Assembly (NCBI GenBank): GCA_023213395.1
Contig: CM041465.1
Coordinates: 233,623,741 to 233,687,740, forward strand
From: Cycas panzhihuaensis
Lineage: Eukaryota > Plantae > Cycadophyta
Direction of reading: 5' to 3'
DNA length: 64,000 bases
Within the stretch, counting starts at the first letter, position 1; each line of letters starts with the position of its first letter. Made by a program: the position numbers and the translations under genes. The notes beneath the pieces were generated by a model, which worked only from the letters and a program-made list of their open reading frames with translations, was not told the DNA's origin and did no database searches. Positions 25,501-38,762 of the stretch are shown here, in pieces.

Positions 25501-28500
25501 AAAAGTATAGAATATATTATAATTAGATATAGTAATAAATCTGAAGTATATAGATGCATAGACCCAAAAATAAATAAGGTTTATTTTAATAGAGATGTAA
25601 CATTTGATAAAAATGTATCCAAAGAAGAACAAGAAGGGAAAATTATTTAAGGATATATTGAAGAGAATATAAAAATACTCACTATAGTGGAGGAAATATT
25701 TGAAGTAACTACCATAAAAGAAGATACCTAAAAGAGTAAGCTCCAAGGAGAAAATAAGTGAGACATCTCTAAAAGCAAGCTCTAAGGAGAAATTAAGTAG
25801 GATATTTTTGATGAAGAGCAATATCTATCCAAGATAGAATATAATCCACAAGAAGAAAAATAATTGACAAATCATAAGGTAATATCTTTGAATATAGCTT
25901 TTGATCTAAGAAACATTAGAGTTTAATATGTTATATTAAACCATAAAGCTATGCAGAAGTATGTATTTATCTAGAGTGGAAAAAAGCCATAGATGTAGAG
26001 ATCAATGCCATAAACAAAAACAGGGCTTAAGAATTAGTCACTATACCTAATGATAAACCCATTGTTGGATGTAAATAGGTATAAAAGTCAAAGAAAATTT
26101 TGATGGTACCATTGAAAAATACAAAGATAGACTTGTAGTTAAGGGTACACTTAAACCACATGAATAGATTATGAAAAACCCATCTCTCTAGTAGCAAAAT
26201 TAATAAATATAAGAATAGTTATCACTATGGTGGCATAGTTTGGATGGAACATCATACAACTTAACATAAATGTGGTCTAGGAATGAATTCAAATAATGGA
26301 ACCAAATACAAGTGTATAAACATAGGTTTATAGGTAGAAGTGGTGTACCTTTAGGAATGAATTTGATTCATTAAGAACCCTTTCAATCAACTATCTCGAC
26401 TACATAAAATATATAATAGATTAATATACAATCAAGATTAATAACTTGTCATAAGTCCATATTTCTTCTTCCAAAAAATAGTGGAGTAATCCAAGATCTA
26501 TCATTTTTGATATCTTTTTGAGATCACTCTTCAAGCTTTCAACCTTTAAGGTGTTGTTCCTTGTGATCATAAGATCATCTACATATAGTACTTCAAATAT
26601 GATTGAATTTCCTTGAACCTTAATATATAAGTTTAGATTTCTAGGTGATCTCTTAAATCTATCATTTAGGATTTATTAATCGATCTTAGAATACCATGCT
26701 TTTAGAGATTATTTAAGATCATACAAAGACTTCTTCAAGTGACATATTGAGTGCTCTTTGCCCTTGGTAATATATCTAGTGGCTGCTCTATATAAGCCTC
26801 TTCTGCAAGATCTCCATTAAGGAAGGTGCTCTTAACATCAAGCTAGTGTAACTACCATGTGAATTGAGTAGTTATTACTAGTATCAGTTTAAATTTTACC
26901 ATCTTTACTATTGGAGCAAATGTTTCCTAGTAATCAATACCTTTTATTTGCTTGAATCCTTTAGCTACCAATCTAGCCTTATATTTATCAATTATGCTTA
27001 TCTAATAGAAGTTTAGTCTTTTAGACCTACTTACAACTAATTGTCTACTTAACTACTGGTAAATCAACCAAATCCCAAGTTCTGTTCTACTCAACAACAT
27101 GAATTTTAACATCTATGATTATGTTCCACTACTATTATTGGTTGGCTTCTTCAAAACTTGAAGGCTTATTAACATTTAATACATAAGCCATCAAGGCAAA
27201 ATTGACTATATCTGGTCTTATCTTTGAATTTTGTTTGTCTTCCATCTTAAGTAACTAAGCTTCAACCATGATTTTTAAATATCATTTGGGAAATTTTTTA
27301 ACAGGTAGAGCAACCTTAGGTTCTAACTGTGTTTCTTGAGCAAACTCCTCTTTAAATTCTTCCTCTTTTTTGACACATTTTTAGGCTAAAAGAACTATTA
27401 TCTTGAAGAACTTGCTTCAAGCTATTCCTTAATCTATTTTAATTTATCTGTCCATATCTTCAAAGTGTCCAAATCCTAAATCCAATATGAAGTTTATTCC
27501 TCTTAAAAGATAATATCCTAAGTGGTATGCATCTTTTTAGATGTTAATTCACACACATAGTATGCTTTATTTTTCTCACAGTAGCCAACAAGAACACATT
27601 TGGAACTTTTACTGTCAAAATTCTAATGTTTCCTTTTGGGAACATGCATATTTGTAGCGCTTCCAAAGATTCTGAGATGGTTAACTATAAGCTTATGACC
27701 TGACCTTGCTTCTTTAGGTGTTTTGTTTCTTATAACTTTAGTTATACACTTGTTTGTCAGGTATACTAATGTATAAATTATTTTTTTCTAAAAGATAATT
27801 GAGAGGGTTTTGGCTTTTATCACTGACTTAGACTTATCAACCAATGTTCCATTCACCCTCTCAACTACTCCATTTTACTGAGGAGTATATGCAATTGTCA
27901 ACTTTTTTTAATACCATAATCCTTACAAAATTGGGTAAATAATTTTGAAGTATACACTCCCCTATTATCTAATCTCAATATCTTGATTCTTTATCCACTC
28001 TCATTCTCCACTTTTTCTTTGAATTCTTGAAACATATTAAATGCCTGAGACTTTTCCTTCGATGGATAAACCTAAACTTTCTTTGAAAATTCATCAATAA
28101 AGGTTAGAAAATACCTTATTCTTATAAGCAAAGAAGTTAGTATAAGACCACATATATCAAAGTGGATCAAGCTCAAATTTTCAATTACTTTCCAAGCCTT
28201 TCCTTTAGGAAATGTTTCCTATGTTGCTTTCTAAATATATAGGGTTCTTAAGTATCCTTTTCTACCTTGAATTTTAGAAGACCATGTACTATATTTAGTT
28301 TATTCATTAATTGAAGGCTAGGAAAGTGTAGATGTCTCAACCTTTCATACCATAGTTGAATCTTATTAGACATATCGAAAGTCAAATAAGCTCTTTGGTT
28401 TATAGACTTACCTAAGAGCCTATAAAGACAGTTATCCCTTACACATTTTGTGATCATATTTCTTTCTCAATTGTTAATGATCCCTTCTTTAAAGAGAACA

Positions 28501-31500
28501 CTCATCTCATTGTCCCCTATTTAATTAATAGGAATCATATTCATTTTTAAACCTGGCATATATAATACAGTCTCTATATAATAATCATTACAATCAAGAG
28601 TAATTACTAGGACTTCTGCTATGCCTTTGATAGCGAGTATGTTTTTGTTGACTAAGATAACTGTATAGCTAATGACATCCTACTTATGTCTAGACCATTC
28701 CAGTCTACCTGTCATATATTTGGAGACACCTGAGTTGCTGTACCACATGTTACTAGATCTTTTTTTGTGTTGCTAACCAACGCGTAAGAGATAAGAAGTT
28801 TGAGGCGATTCACTTGAATAAAAAAACAAGCATCTTCCACCTATATTTAATACAAAAAACAATAAAATAACTAAAAGACACAAAAGAACAATGGACGTTA
28901 AAGAGCCCTTAAGTAACATACACTCATTTTTATTAACAAGTATTAACTATGGTTCTTTAGTCACTTCGTAAAGTGCTAACAAAATATCAAATTCATTGAA
29001 CACCATGCAGAGAGCTGGAAAAACATCATATGACAATACTCAATGATATGAACACAAAATATTACTGTATAAAAGTGTCTTCTATTTTGTTAATATGCTC
29101 CTTTATGAGTTAGAAACTAGCCTAGCTCCTTTATGTCATATGTGACTGTAGGCTAATAAATAAGGGGGGCTTAATAAACCAAATTTTAAAATAAGATTTA
29201 AAAATGACTTAAAGTATGTAAGTATTATAATTACAAAAAAATAAATTTTAGCCTAACTTTTGTTGGAAGAGAATTTTGTCTTATATTTACACTAGAATGG
29301 TGATTCAATTTGTGTTTTTGGTGCCTCTTCTAATTCATGACATCTTTGGCTAGACCTTGTCTTTCGTTAACTTGCAATGGATGATCTTGAAATGTTATGA
29401 ATCCTTATGTATCAAAAGTGTAGCAAGTTCAAGATGAAAAATATCCCAGATTCAAAAAGTATCATTGATATATTATCATTACAGGTAAGAAAATATTGGC
29501 TATCACTACTCCAAGCCAGTAAGCTAATGATATGCCCCCTCTTTATTAATCTACTCTTTTGCTTTGGCATTATATAGCTCTTCCTTAGCTACCATGGATT
29601 AATATTTTCTTATTTATTAATCTACCAAAATGGATAATTTCTTTGTACTTGAGTCAACTAGGATCAATTATTTCTCATTCCTAAGTGGGTTAACTTGGGT
29701 TAATTTATTTAGGTTAGGGATTAAAGGTAAACTATGGGATGTCATGCTTATTTCCTTAATTAGTGACAAAATTTAGTTTCTTTGAATTTGTATGTAATAA
29801 AAATGAATCACACTAAGTTAAGCTACCTGGAGTGATAAGATTTATATTATAATCATCTAGCATAGATGTTGCCAGAGATTATTATGACATGGAGTGACTA
29901 ATTTTTCATGAGGAAAAAGAATCTATTTGTTAACAAATAAGAAGCCCTAATTGGTAGCATGACATCATCCATTGAATGTACTATAAACTATCATTCCTAA
30001 ATCTAATTCATGCCCAAGGGAAGCCTATTGCAAAGCATAAAAGTCTACTATTAATGTATGGAGCATTGTCACTACTAAACTGAAAGTAGATCCTTGGCAA
30101 AATCCTTGTAAACATACCAAATTTACATACTATATAGTCCCAATGGTGCTTACTTTCATATGAAATTACTTCTCTCCTTGGGTCAAACCCTTTAATTCTT
30201 TTCATAACAGTAATAATGTTGTCTTGTAAAGTTCCTTTGAAGATGGAACTAAACCCTTCACCTTATAATCCATGATAGAAATTCTTAGTCTTTATTGCTT
30301 TATTACTTTTGAGGGGGATCTATTTGAGGTCCTTCACCTACAACATCAGAAGTAGAAGTCTTATCCTAATATATTGGAGTGCTCGCATTTATCATCAGGA
30401 GATTCTCTCATCCAATATCTAGTAGCCTATACATAAGACTCTCTATAACACTAATAATCCATAATAGAACTAACAGAACTGGTAGAATAAACAAACCTAC
30501 AGTCTAATTGGTTTTAGCATTATAGGTGAAAAATTAATTACCAACCTATAATAACTTGGCTTTAATACCAAATGTGGTTTAAGGATTGAATAATGGAACC
30601 AAACACAAGCTTATAAACATAGGTTTATAGGTAAAATTGGTCTACCTTTAAGAATTAATTTGATTCATTAAGAACCCTTTCCATAAACTCTCTCAACTAC
30701 ACATAATATATAATATATTAATATATAAGCAAGATTAATAATAATCAACAAAAGAATTTGTAATTACCTTGACACTTGTCACAAGTTCATTTAGGACTTT
30801 AATATCTCCTGTAACTCACCTATCCCATTTTTGTCCACACATGAACATTAATCTAATAGTAAAAAGTGTCTTTCTAAATGGAGATTTAAATGAGGAAGTG
30901 TATATATAACAACCCTCTAGATACATGGAGAAATGTAAAGAACATCTTGTTTGCAACCCCAAAAAGGCCATGTATGGTTTAAAATAGGCATCCAGAGTTT
31001 GGTACATAAAATTGGATCATCATCTCAAACAAAAAGTTTCAATTTATGTGAATTTGATCCTAGCCTTTATGTCAAAAGAAATTAAAGTGGTCTAATCACT
31101 ACTATAGTAGTTTATATAGATGATATGATAGTTACTAGAAATGATGATAACATAATTTATCAAGTAAAAGTTCAAATAGAAAATGTGTTTGAAATGACAA
31201 ACATAGAATTACTTCATTACTATCTTGATATTAAAGTACATTAAAGAAAATATTATGTATTTATATACCAAACAAAATTGGTAAAAGAGCTTCTTTAAAA
31301 ATTCAAAATGGAATATTATAATGGCTTTATAACTCCAATGGAAATAGGGCATATCCTAATTACAGATGAAGATGAATAAAAAGTTGATGAGACATTATAC
31401 AAATAATTGGTAGGCAGCCTTATTTATCTTATAACTACCAAGGCAAACATTTCATACTTTATTGGAATAATTTCTAGGTACATGCGATCTCCAAAAGTTT

Positions 31501-32268
31501 CTCATTGGAATGTTGCCAAAAGAATATTGAGGTATATCAAAGGAACTTCAACATTAGGACTTAGTTATACCAAGTCATTAATCTTTGAGCTAACATTGAT
31601 TCATACTAGGTTGGAGATCAATAAGAGAGAAAATCCATATATAGATATCATTTCACTCTTGGGTCTATTATTACATCATGGAGTAGCAAAAAGTAATCTA
31701 CTATAGCTCTATCCTCAATAGAAGTAGAGTACAAGGTAGTTGTAAGTGCCACATATAAAGTAGTGTGGATAAGATAATTACTCAAAGACTTAAGATAGGA
31801 ATAGCATCAGGTTACCTCTATTTTTTATGACAATCAAAGTATTATCAAGATGACTAAAAATCTTGTGTTTCATGCAATAATGAAATACAATAAAGTATCT
31901 CATTATTTTATCAGAGAGAAAGTACAAGCAAAGACGGTAGACCTATAGTATGGTACTAGTGAAGAAGAACTTGTAGACATATTCATGAAGCCCTTGTCAA
32001 AGGATAAATTTTAATATCTTAGAGAGATATTTGGTATAAAAAATAAAAGATAAAATATTAGGAGAGGGTGTTAGAATAGTAATGTCTTATCTTTATCTTT
32101 TCTAAAGTTAAGTTGAGGGTTATATGTCCAACCCCTCTTTCATTCTATCTTGATACTTGGCCTATACACATAGGCTCACTTATATACATAGTATATATTT
32201 ATAGGAGAATATTTCTCTCTCTTTAATGCAAGGAAGTCATTTATTCTTCTGTTTATATTATTCTGATA
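22515..32268 (+). mobile_element. Decayed Copia element B: 5' LTR about 22515-22698 (start clipped), 3' LTR 32069-32268, complete gag-pol; RT interrupted by Copia D
   Basis: The ~200 bp LTRs align; PBS TGGTCTTAGAGC at 22699; gag KL..QNYNTWKFKMQ; IHTDLCG, FIDDF.RKTWVYFL; RT QL..K|KS.FLNGDL.EEVY, VYIDDMIV; RNase H WSSKK..ALSS.E.EY; PPT AGGAGAGGG. Confidence 0.93.
26271..30858 (-). mobile_element. Copia element D nested in the RT of B: 5' LTR 30574-30858, 3' LTR remnant 26271-~26460; RT C-terminus, RNase H and PPT deleted; no recognisable gag
   Basis: LTR copies align (TGTGGT.TA.G..AATAATGGAACCAAA.ACAAG..); PBS GGCTTTAATACCA at 30559-30571; TSD-like ATAAA (26266-70) and GTAAA (30859-63); WY.NSG.SK.MTG protease, IHFDICG, PQ*NGVVER, YKARLVAKGF, LYVDDL, DLGLLHYF. 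Confidence 0.9.
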
Positions 32269-33401
32269 TAAAAAGAAGGCCAATACTCTACACAAATCAA
32301 AGCAAAGTATTAAAATTCCCCATTCACATAAGAAAATAAGGGTAAGTGTTACATAATTGTTAGTGGTTAGTAGAACTCTTATGAATATATTCCTTATTAG
32401 TAAGAAGCAAATGTTAATATTGACCATTAAAATATATGCTCAAGTCATTTAGGGCCACCAATATAAACAAAGGTTGAATGCCTCTCAAATAAGATTCATT
32501 TGCTAAATGGCCAATTTGCCTAGCCCTATGGATGTAAAAGAAAATTAACCTAGAATGTGAAATTATAATCATCCTTTAGTGCGATCTTTTAGTATTCATT
32601 TTAGTGTTCATTTGTGCTCTTTTTTTGTATTATATTTTCTAATTTTTATTTAGGTATAAAGAAATACTGGGAAGAAGCATATCAAATAAAAGGTCATGAA
32701 GAAAAAGGAAATTCCCCCCCTTAGTAATATTCATCACCTTTTCTTTGAATTTGATCTAGTTCAATTTAGTTTTATTTCAATACAATACTTGTGTCATCAA
32801 TCTAATGGTAGATAACTCCACTTGGAAGCTACCATTTTCCCTTCTACTCCTCATTCTTGGGTAGATAACTTTGTGTGGAAGCTACCTAAAGTAGTTAGGT
32901 AGTAACCCTATATCGGGGATCTAAAAAAATCACAATGATTTGTCATTCTAGCTAAGCAAATTGTGGCTATTCTACCCCCAACATAAAGGGTTGGAGATAA
33001 CACTCATAAACCAAACCCTAGATAGAACCTGACTATGGGATTAAGCCTCCATGTACCTTTGGGCATATAGGAAAACCCTTCTAAGTCCTGAATTCTTCCT
33101 AGCATAGGCAACCTATCGACTGTTGAAGTTTTTTAGTGTAGTGGTTTATGATTAGCGCCACGAAGCTACCTATCTAAAACTTTTGCATAAGAAGTTTATT
33201 GCCAGGTCTAAAAGGCCAAGCACACCTTGTCTAGTCCATTACTTGAAAATACCCTTAGTGACTTATATGTCATATTTCAATTAACACATCTTATTAATCA
33301 ATTTTTACTAGGGTAGTTTTAACTCAAAAACTTTTGGGATACAATGACATATAGGCATCTTGTGGGCCCCACTACCTAAAAATTTTATTTAAAATCCACT
33401 G

Positions 33402-34862
33402 ACCACATCTTGATGAGATTCTCATGCTTGTTTTAGGGAATTAGGTGAATCCGTTATACTTTTGGAGTCAATAAGCTATAGATACCTTGCATTTATCCAT
33501 CTAGATGGAAAGGGACATCATTGGTTTTAGTGGTGGTAGAAGGAGTACCCTATGAACTAATCTTGGGATCAATTTTGTAAAAGCTTCTTTGAAAAATATG
33601 AGAACACATGGAACCAAATATTCTTCAACCAACTCACAATAGAAACTTTCAAAAATGAGTTCTAAGCTCTCAAGAACATGGTTAATATGCAGCTAGGTTA
33701 ACCAACCTTAGTCAAAATCTATGTAGTTAGACTTAAGGAATACATCCATATACATCTTAAAAACATCCTTACTGAATACTTTGAGATAGGCCATAATCAT
33801 AGCCAAAGCAGTTGAAGTAGAAATTATAGTAGAATGTACATTCACCTCTCGACAAGATATACCATGGTGCCATTTCTCTCAACTAACAAATGTATAATTA
33901 CCATAACCTCGATGGGAGGATCACTGGGAGTATCATCCTACAATAAACCCCCTCAAAGTATAATGACCAACAATAGAACAAGCCATAAGATATGAGTGGG
34001 TAATAATGGTAATGACCAATAATAGAACAAGCCACATTTTGATGTGAGTGGGTAACAATGACCAATAATAGAACAAGCCACAAGATGTGAGTGGGTAACA
34101 AAGGTAATGACCAATAATAAAACAAGCCACATCTTGATGTGAGTGGGTAACAATGACCAACAATAGAACAAGCCACAAGATATGAGTGGGTAATAATGGT
34201 AATGACCAACAATAGAACAAGCCACAAGATGTGAGTGGGTAATGACCAACAATAGAATAAGCCACATCTTAATGAGATTCCCATGCTTGTTTTAGGGCAT
34301 TAGGTGAATCCATTATACTTTTGGAGTCAACAAGCTACAGACACCCTGCCCAACTCACCTTTGCATTTATCTATCTAGATGGAAAGGGACATCATTGGTT
34401 TTAGTGGTGATAGAAGGAGTACCCTATGAACTAATCTTGGGATCAATTTTGTAAAAGCTTCTTTGAACAATATGAGAACACATGGAACCAAACATTCTTC
34501 AACCAACTCACAATAGAAACTTTCAAAAATGAGTTCTAAGCTCTCAAGAACAGGGTTCATATGTAACTAGGTTAATCAACCTTAGTTAAAATCTATGTAG
34601 CTGGACTCAAGGAATACATCCATATACATCTTAAAAACATCCTTACTGAATACTTTGAGATAGGCCATAATCATAGCCAAAGTAGTTGAAGTAGAAATTA
34701 TAGTAGAATGTACATTCACCTCTTGACAAGATATACCATGGTGCCATTTCTCTCAACCAATAAATGTATAATTACCATAACCTCGATGGGAGGATCACTG
34801 GGAGTATCATCCTAAAACAAACCCCCTCAAAGTATAATGACCAACAATAGAACAAGCCACAA
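33402..34862 (+). repeat. Direct duplication of about 590 bp of Gypsy C gag (33402-33987 and 34262-34862) flanking the minisatellite
   Basis: The two segments are near-identical by eye, differing mostly by transitions and one ~17 bp indel near 34341-34360. Confidence 0.95.
33962..34266. repeat. Minisatellite, seven copies of a 26-bp core AATGACCAAyAATAGAACAAGCCACA; unit lengths 49, 46, 49, 46, 49, 40
   Basis: Cores start at 33962, 34011, 34057, 34106, 34152, 34201 and 34241; linkers contain GATrTGAGTGGGT. Confidence 0.95.
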
Positions 34863-37800
34863 GATATTTTTGGGAAGCTAGCCTTTGCATCTAATGTGTA
34901 AAAAAATAGACTATTAGACATAGTAAGGTCTGTAAAACAAAAAGTATGGTCTTCACCATTGATCCTACAATATCAATTAATGAAGATCTTAATATAGATA
35001 ATGAACCTGAGGAAGACCTAGCCACAAAACCCCCCATTGACCCGAGCCAAAACTTAAAGTTTCCCTTTTTACTATCTCCTCTATCATCTCCTCTACCTCT
35101 TTCCCTAAACCCCTCTCGGTTAAAGGCACCGTGAAGAAGACTCTTATCACCATCTTTATTAATGGTGGTACATCACTTACTTCATCAACATCTCCTTGGC
35201 CAAATAACTTAATTTATATATAGTGCTAAAAACTAGTTTCACCTACTCCTTACTAGGATACCATAAACTCCATAATGAAGGTCTTATTAAAAACCTCCAC
35301 ATCCAAGTTAGTGTATATCGATTAAATTTTGATTTTTATGCCCTTTCCATAAGAGGATTGAATGGCATTCTAGGAGTTTAATGGATACAAACCCTTGGCA
35401 CTTACAACACTGATAATTTCCCTACTAACCCCTTCATTCTATTTAAAAGACCACTTTGGATAAACACATAAACTATATGGGATTCAACTGCCTCCCAATA
35501 AACTCTTATCCATGAAGCAAATAAGCAAATAACTGAATAGTAATATCAAATACATAGTCTAGCTAAATAATATTCAATCTCAAGTAGAAATTTACCCTAA
35601 CATCCAAACCATCCTTACTAAGTATTAACCTATTTTCAACCCACTTCCCAACAATCTCCTCCCCACAAGACTAAGGCTTCCACCACACCATTGAACTTCA
35701 AAACCCTCACAACCCCATTAGCCTAGGAGCCTATCATAATTCCTACTTTTTAAAAAAAGGAATTGAATGGATTATAATAGAACTCATAGACATGGGGATA
35801 ATACAACCTAAGAAAATCCCTTATGCAACCCCCATTGTGCTTATTAGGAAAAAAAATATGGTTTATTTTAACTCTACATTGATTATCGGGAGTTTAACAA
35901 ACTAACTATTAAAAATAAATTTCCTACTACTGAAATCAATGATATGTTAGATGAAATTCATAAGGCAACCATTTTTTCCAAATTGGGACTATAATTAGGG
36001 TATTATCAAATTCTCATCACTCCAGAAGACTATCATAAAATTATCTTTTGAATACATGATTGGCATTTTGAATTTTAGGTTATGCCATTTCGGTTATACA
36101 ATACCTTAGCTACATTTCAAGGTCTAATGAATAAGATCTTTGGATGCTAGCTTCACAAGTTCATCATTGTCTTTTTTAATGATATCCTTATTTATAGTTC
36201 TCATATATCTAATTATTTATAACATTTAAAAGTTACCCTTTAGATTCTCTCCTAATATAAACTCTATTCTAAAATGAGTAAGTGTGAGTTTGAGAAGACT
36301 AAACTCTAGTATTCGGGCCATATCATCTTGACTGAAGGAGTCTGAGTAGACTTTGATAAAATTTTAGTCATCACCACATGGCCCACCCTAAAGAACCTCA
36401 CTCAGTTACTAGCCTTCCTTAGACTCATAGGGTACTATCATCAATTCATAAAAAAACATGCTTCCATTACTACCCCCTAACCAATTTGCTTTAGAAGGAC
36501 TCCTTTCAATGGTCCTTTAATATTAGGGACACATTCAACCATCTAAATTTCTCATATCTACCAGTCCAGTATTAACCACCCTAGACTTTTGACAACTATT
36601 CCAGCTTGAATGCAATGCCTCAGGAGTAGGCTTAGGAGCTATCCTTATGTAATATTTCCACCTAATTGTCTTGAAAAGTCAAAAACTTAAAGATCATGAA
36701 TGCTGATTTTCAACTTACCAAATAGAGATTAAGGCCATCCTCCATGTAGTTGAGAAATTATGTTAATATTTACTTAGATATAAATTTACTATCTTAATTG
36801 ATCACCATACTCTTTGCTACCTTCTCAATTAACCAGTCCTTTCTAAAGAACAAAGTGGGTTAATCACCTATAAGTGTTCAACTTCACCATATCTTTTAAA
36901 AAGGACAAAGAAAACATGGTAGTTAATGCCCTCTCTTACCTACCTTCAGAACCATCCAAGCCTATATTACAAGCTATCTTTGACCCTAATCTACATGGTT
37001 ATAAGAATTAGTAGAAGATAATTAATCCCAACTAGATTTTGTTAAGTGGTCCTAAAAAATCCAACATTAGAAGGATTAGACCTTGCAAAACACCCATCTT
37101 CTCTACAAAAATCAAATATTTGTCTATCTATCATCTCCCTTCATTCTTTATATTTTAAATGAGTACCATACTACCCCTTTAGGAGGTCACTCAAGTTTTG
37201 ATAAAACCTATTGATGTATTTGATCTGACTTCTACTGGCCTCACATAAAATCATCCATAATGACCTTCATTATAGAATGTGATGTTTGTTAATATAATAA
37301 AGTAGATATGAAGGCTCAGCGTGGGCTCCTCCAACCCCTTCAAATTTCATAAGGCAAATGGAAATATATTGCCATGGATTTCATCATAGGCCTTCCATCA
37401 TTTACTAGAAATGACTCCATTTGGGTACTCATCAATAAACTAATAAAATATGTACAATTTCTACTAGCCTACATATCTTACTGAGCCTCTCACTTGGTTA
37501 ACCTATATATCTAATTTATTTTTTACATCCATAAATTTTCATCTACCACAATTTTAGATTGAGACCCTATATTCATATCTTTGTGTTGGCAAGAACTCTT
37601 CCATGTAGTTGGCACCTCTTTTAACATGAGTTCCTCTTATCATCCCTAGATAGATGCTCAATCTAAGGTCCTTAATAGAACTTTAGAGATACATCTCTAT
37701 TGTTTTGCCTCTGAATACCAAAATCAATAGACCTCTTAGTTAGCTCCAATAGAATACTGGTATAACTTATCACACCACTCTATAATTGGCATGCCCCCCT

Positions 37801-38762
37801 TAATGGCCCTATATAGTTATCCCCCACTTTCCCATCATACATTGGCCACTAATCTGCATATAGCCTCAGTACAATAGAAATTGTAAGATATAGACAAAAT
37901 CTTAAATACTCTCAAACAAAACTTGGCAATGACTCATAATTATATAAAGTAACTCATTGAGTACCACTACTTTGATTGATCATTTTCTATTAGTGATATG
38001 GGCCTTGTTCATCTCTAACCCTATAAGCAGTAGTCATTCCACCATAACAAAAACCATAAACTTAATCCTCAATACTATGGTCCCTATAAGGTCTGCTAAT
38101 ACATTGGTGAAGTTCTTTATGCCCTTGACCTACCTTCTAATACCAACATCCATAACACCTTCCATATGCCATGCCTTAAACAGCTCCTTGGAAAGTCTAT
38201 TATCCCACAAACTACTCTCTCAATCCTTTTTGAAGAGCAACTCCTAGCTATTCCCCCAAGTTATATTTTGGACACTTGACAATGCCATCTCTAGAATAGG
38301 ACCATTTCTAAACATCAAATACAATGGACTAGTAAGGGACTTGAGGAAGCAACATGGGAGCTAGATGAATTCATCAAGTAGCATCCACATCTCTTATGTT
38401 GTAAAGAATTAGTGTCTCAGGGGAGGGGATTTGTTACATAACTGCTAGTACTTGGAAGAACTCTCATGAATGTGCTCCTTGTTAGTAAGAAGTGAATGTT
38501 AATGTTGACCATTAAAATGTGTGCATAAGCTGCTTAGGGCCATTAATAGAAACACAAGTTGAATGCCTCTCCAATGAGATTCATTTGCTGAACAAACCAA
38601 TTTGCCTATTTAAGGCCCTATGGATGTAAAAGAAGATTAGTTTACAATGTGAAATTACTGTCACCCTTTAGTGTAATCTTTTACAGTTCATTTGTGCTCT
38701 TTTTCTATGTTCTATTTTTTATTTAAGTGTAAAGAAATACCGAGAGGAACCATTTCGGTAAG

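Larger units (their letters stand above)
32347..38757 (+). mobile_element. Full-length decayed chromovirus Gypsy C: LTRs 32347-32684 and 38432-38757, TSD GTAAG, gag (partly duplicated)-PR-RT-RH-IN-chromodomain
   Basis: LTRs align; perfect TSD at 32342-46 and 38758-62; PPT GGGGAGGGG; [34 protein letters not shown](N)DILIYS, C(N)ASGVGLGA, GGHS..DKT, IAMDFIIGLP, YHP..D.QS; chromodomain IQW....EEATWE near 38320-38360. Confidence 0.95.

Noticed and set aside
25729-25808. Two ~39-bp direct repeats in the Copia B IN-RT linker
   Set aside because: A common feature of this variable linker; not informative.
30008-30205. SDNA motif as a hAT/DUF659 transposase signature
   Set aside because: The downstream W..C.AH motif is missing and no TIRs were seen.
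32804-33170. Hammerhead ribozyme or retrozyme
   Set aside because: No CUGAnGA plus GAAA plus UH core in a three-stem arrangement, and the motifs are not in the LTR.
33962-34266. CRISPR-like repeat-spacer appearance
   Set aside because: The linkers are near-identical rather than unique, the repeat derives from gag, the context is eukaryotic and there are no cas genes.
33898-34284. Hydrophobic repetitive minus-strand ORFs
   Set aside because: They are translations of the minisatellite.
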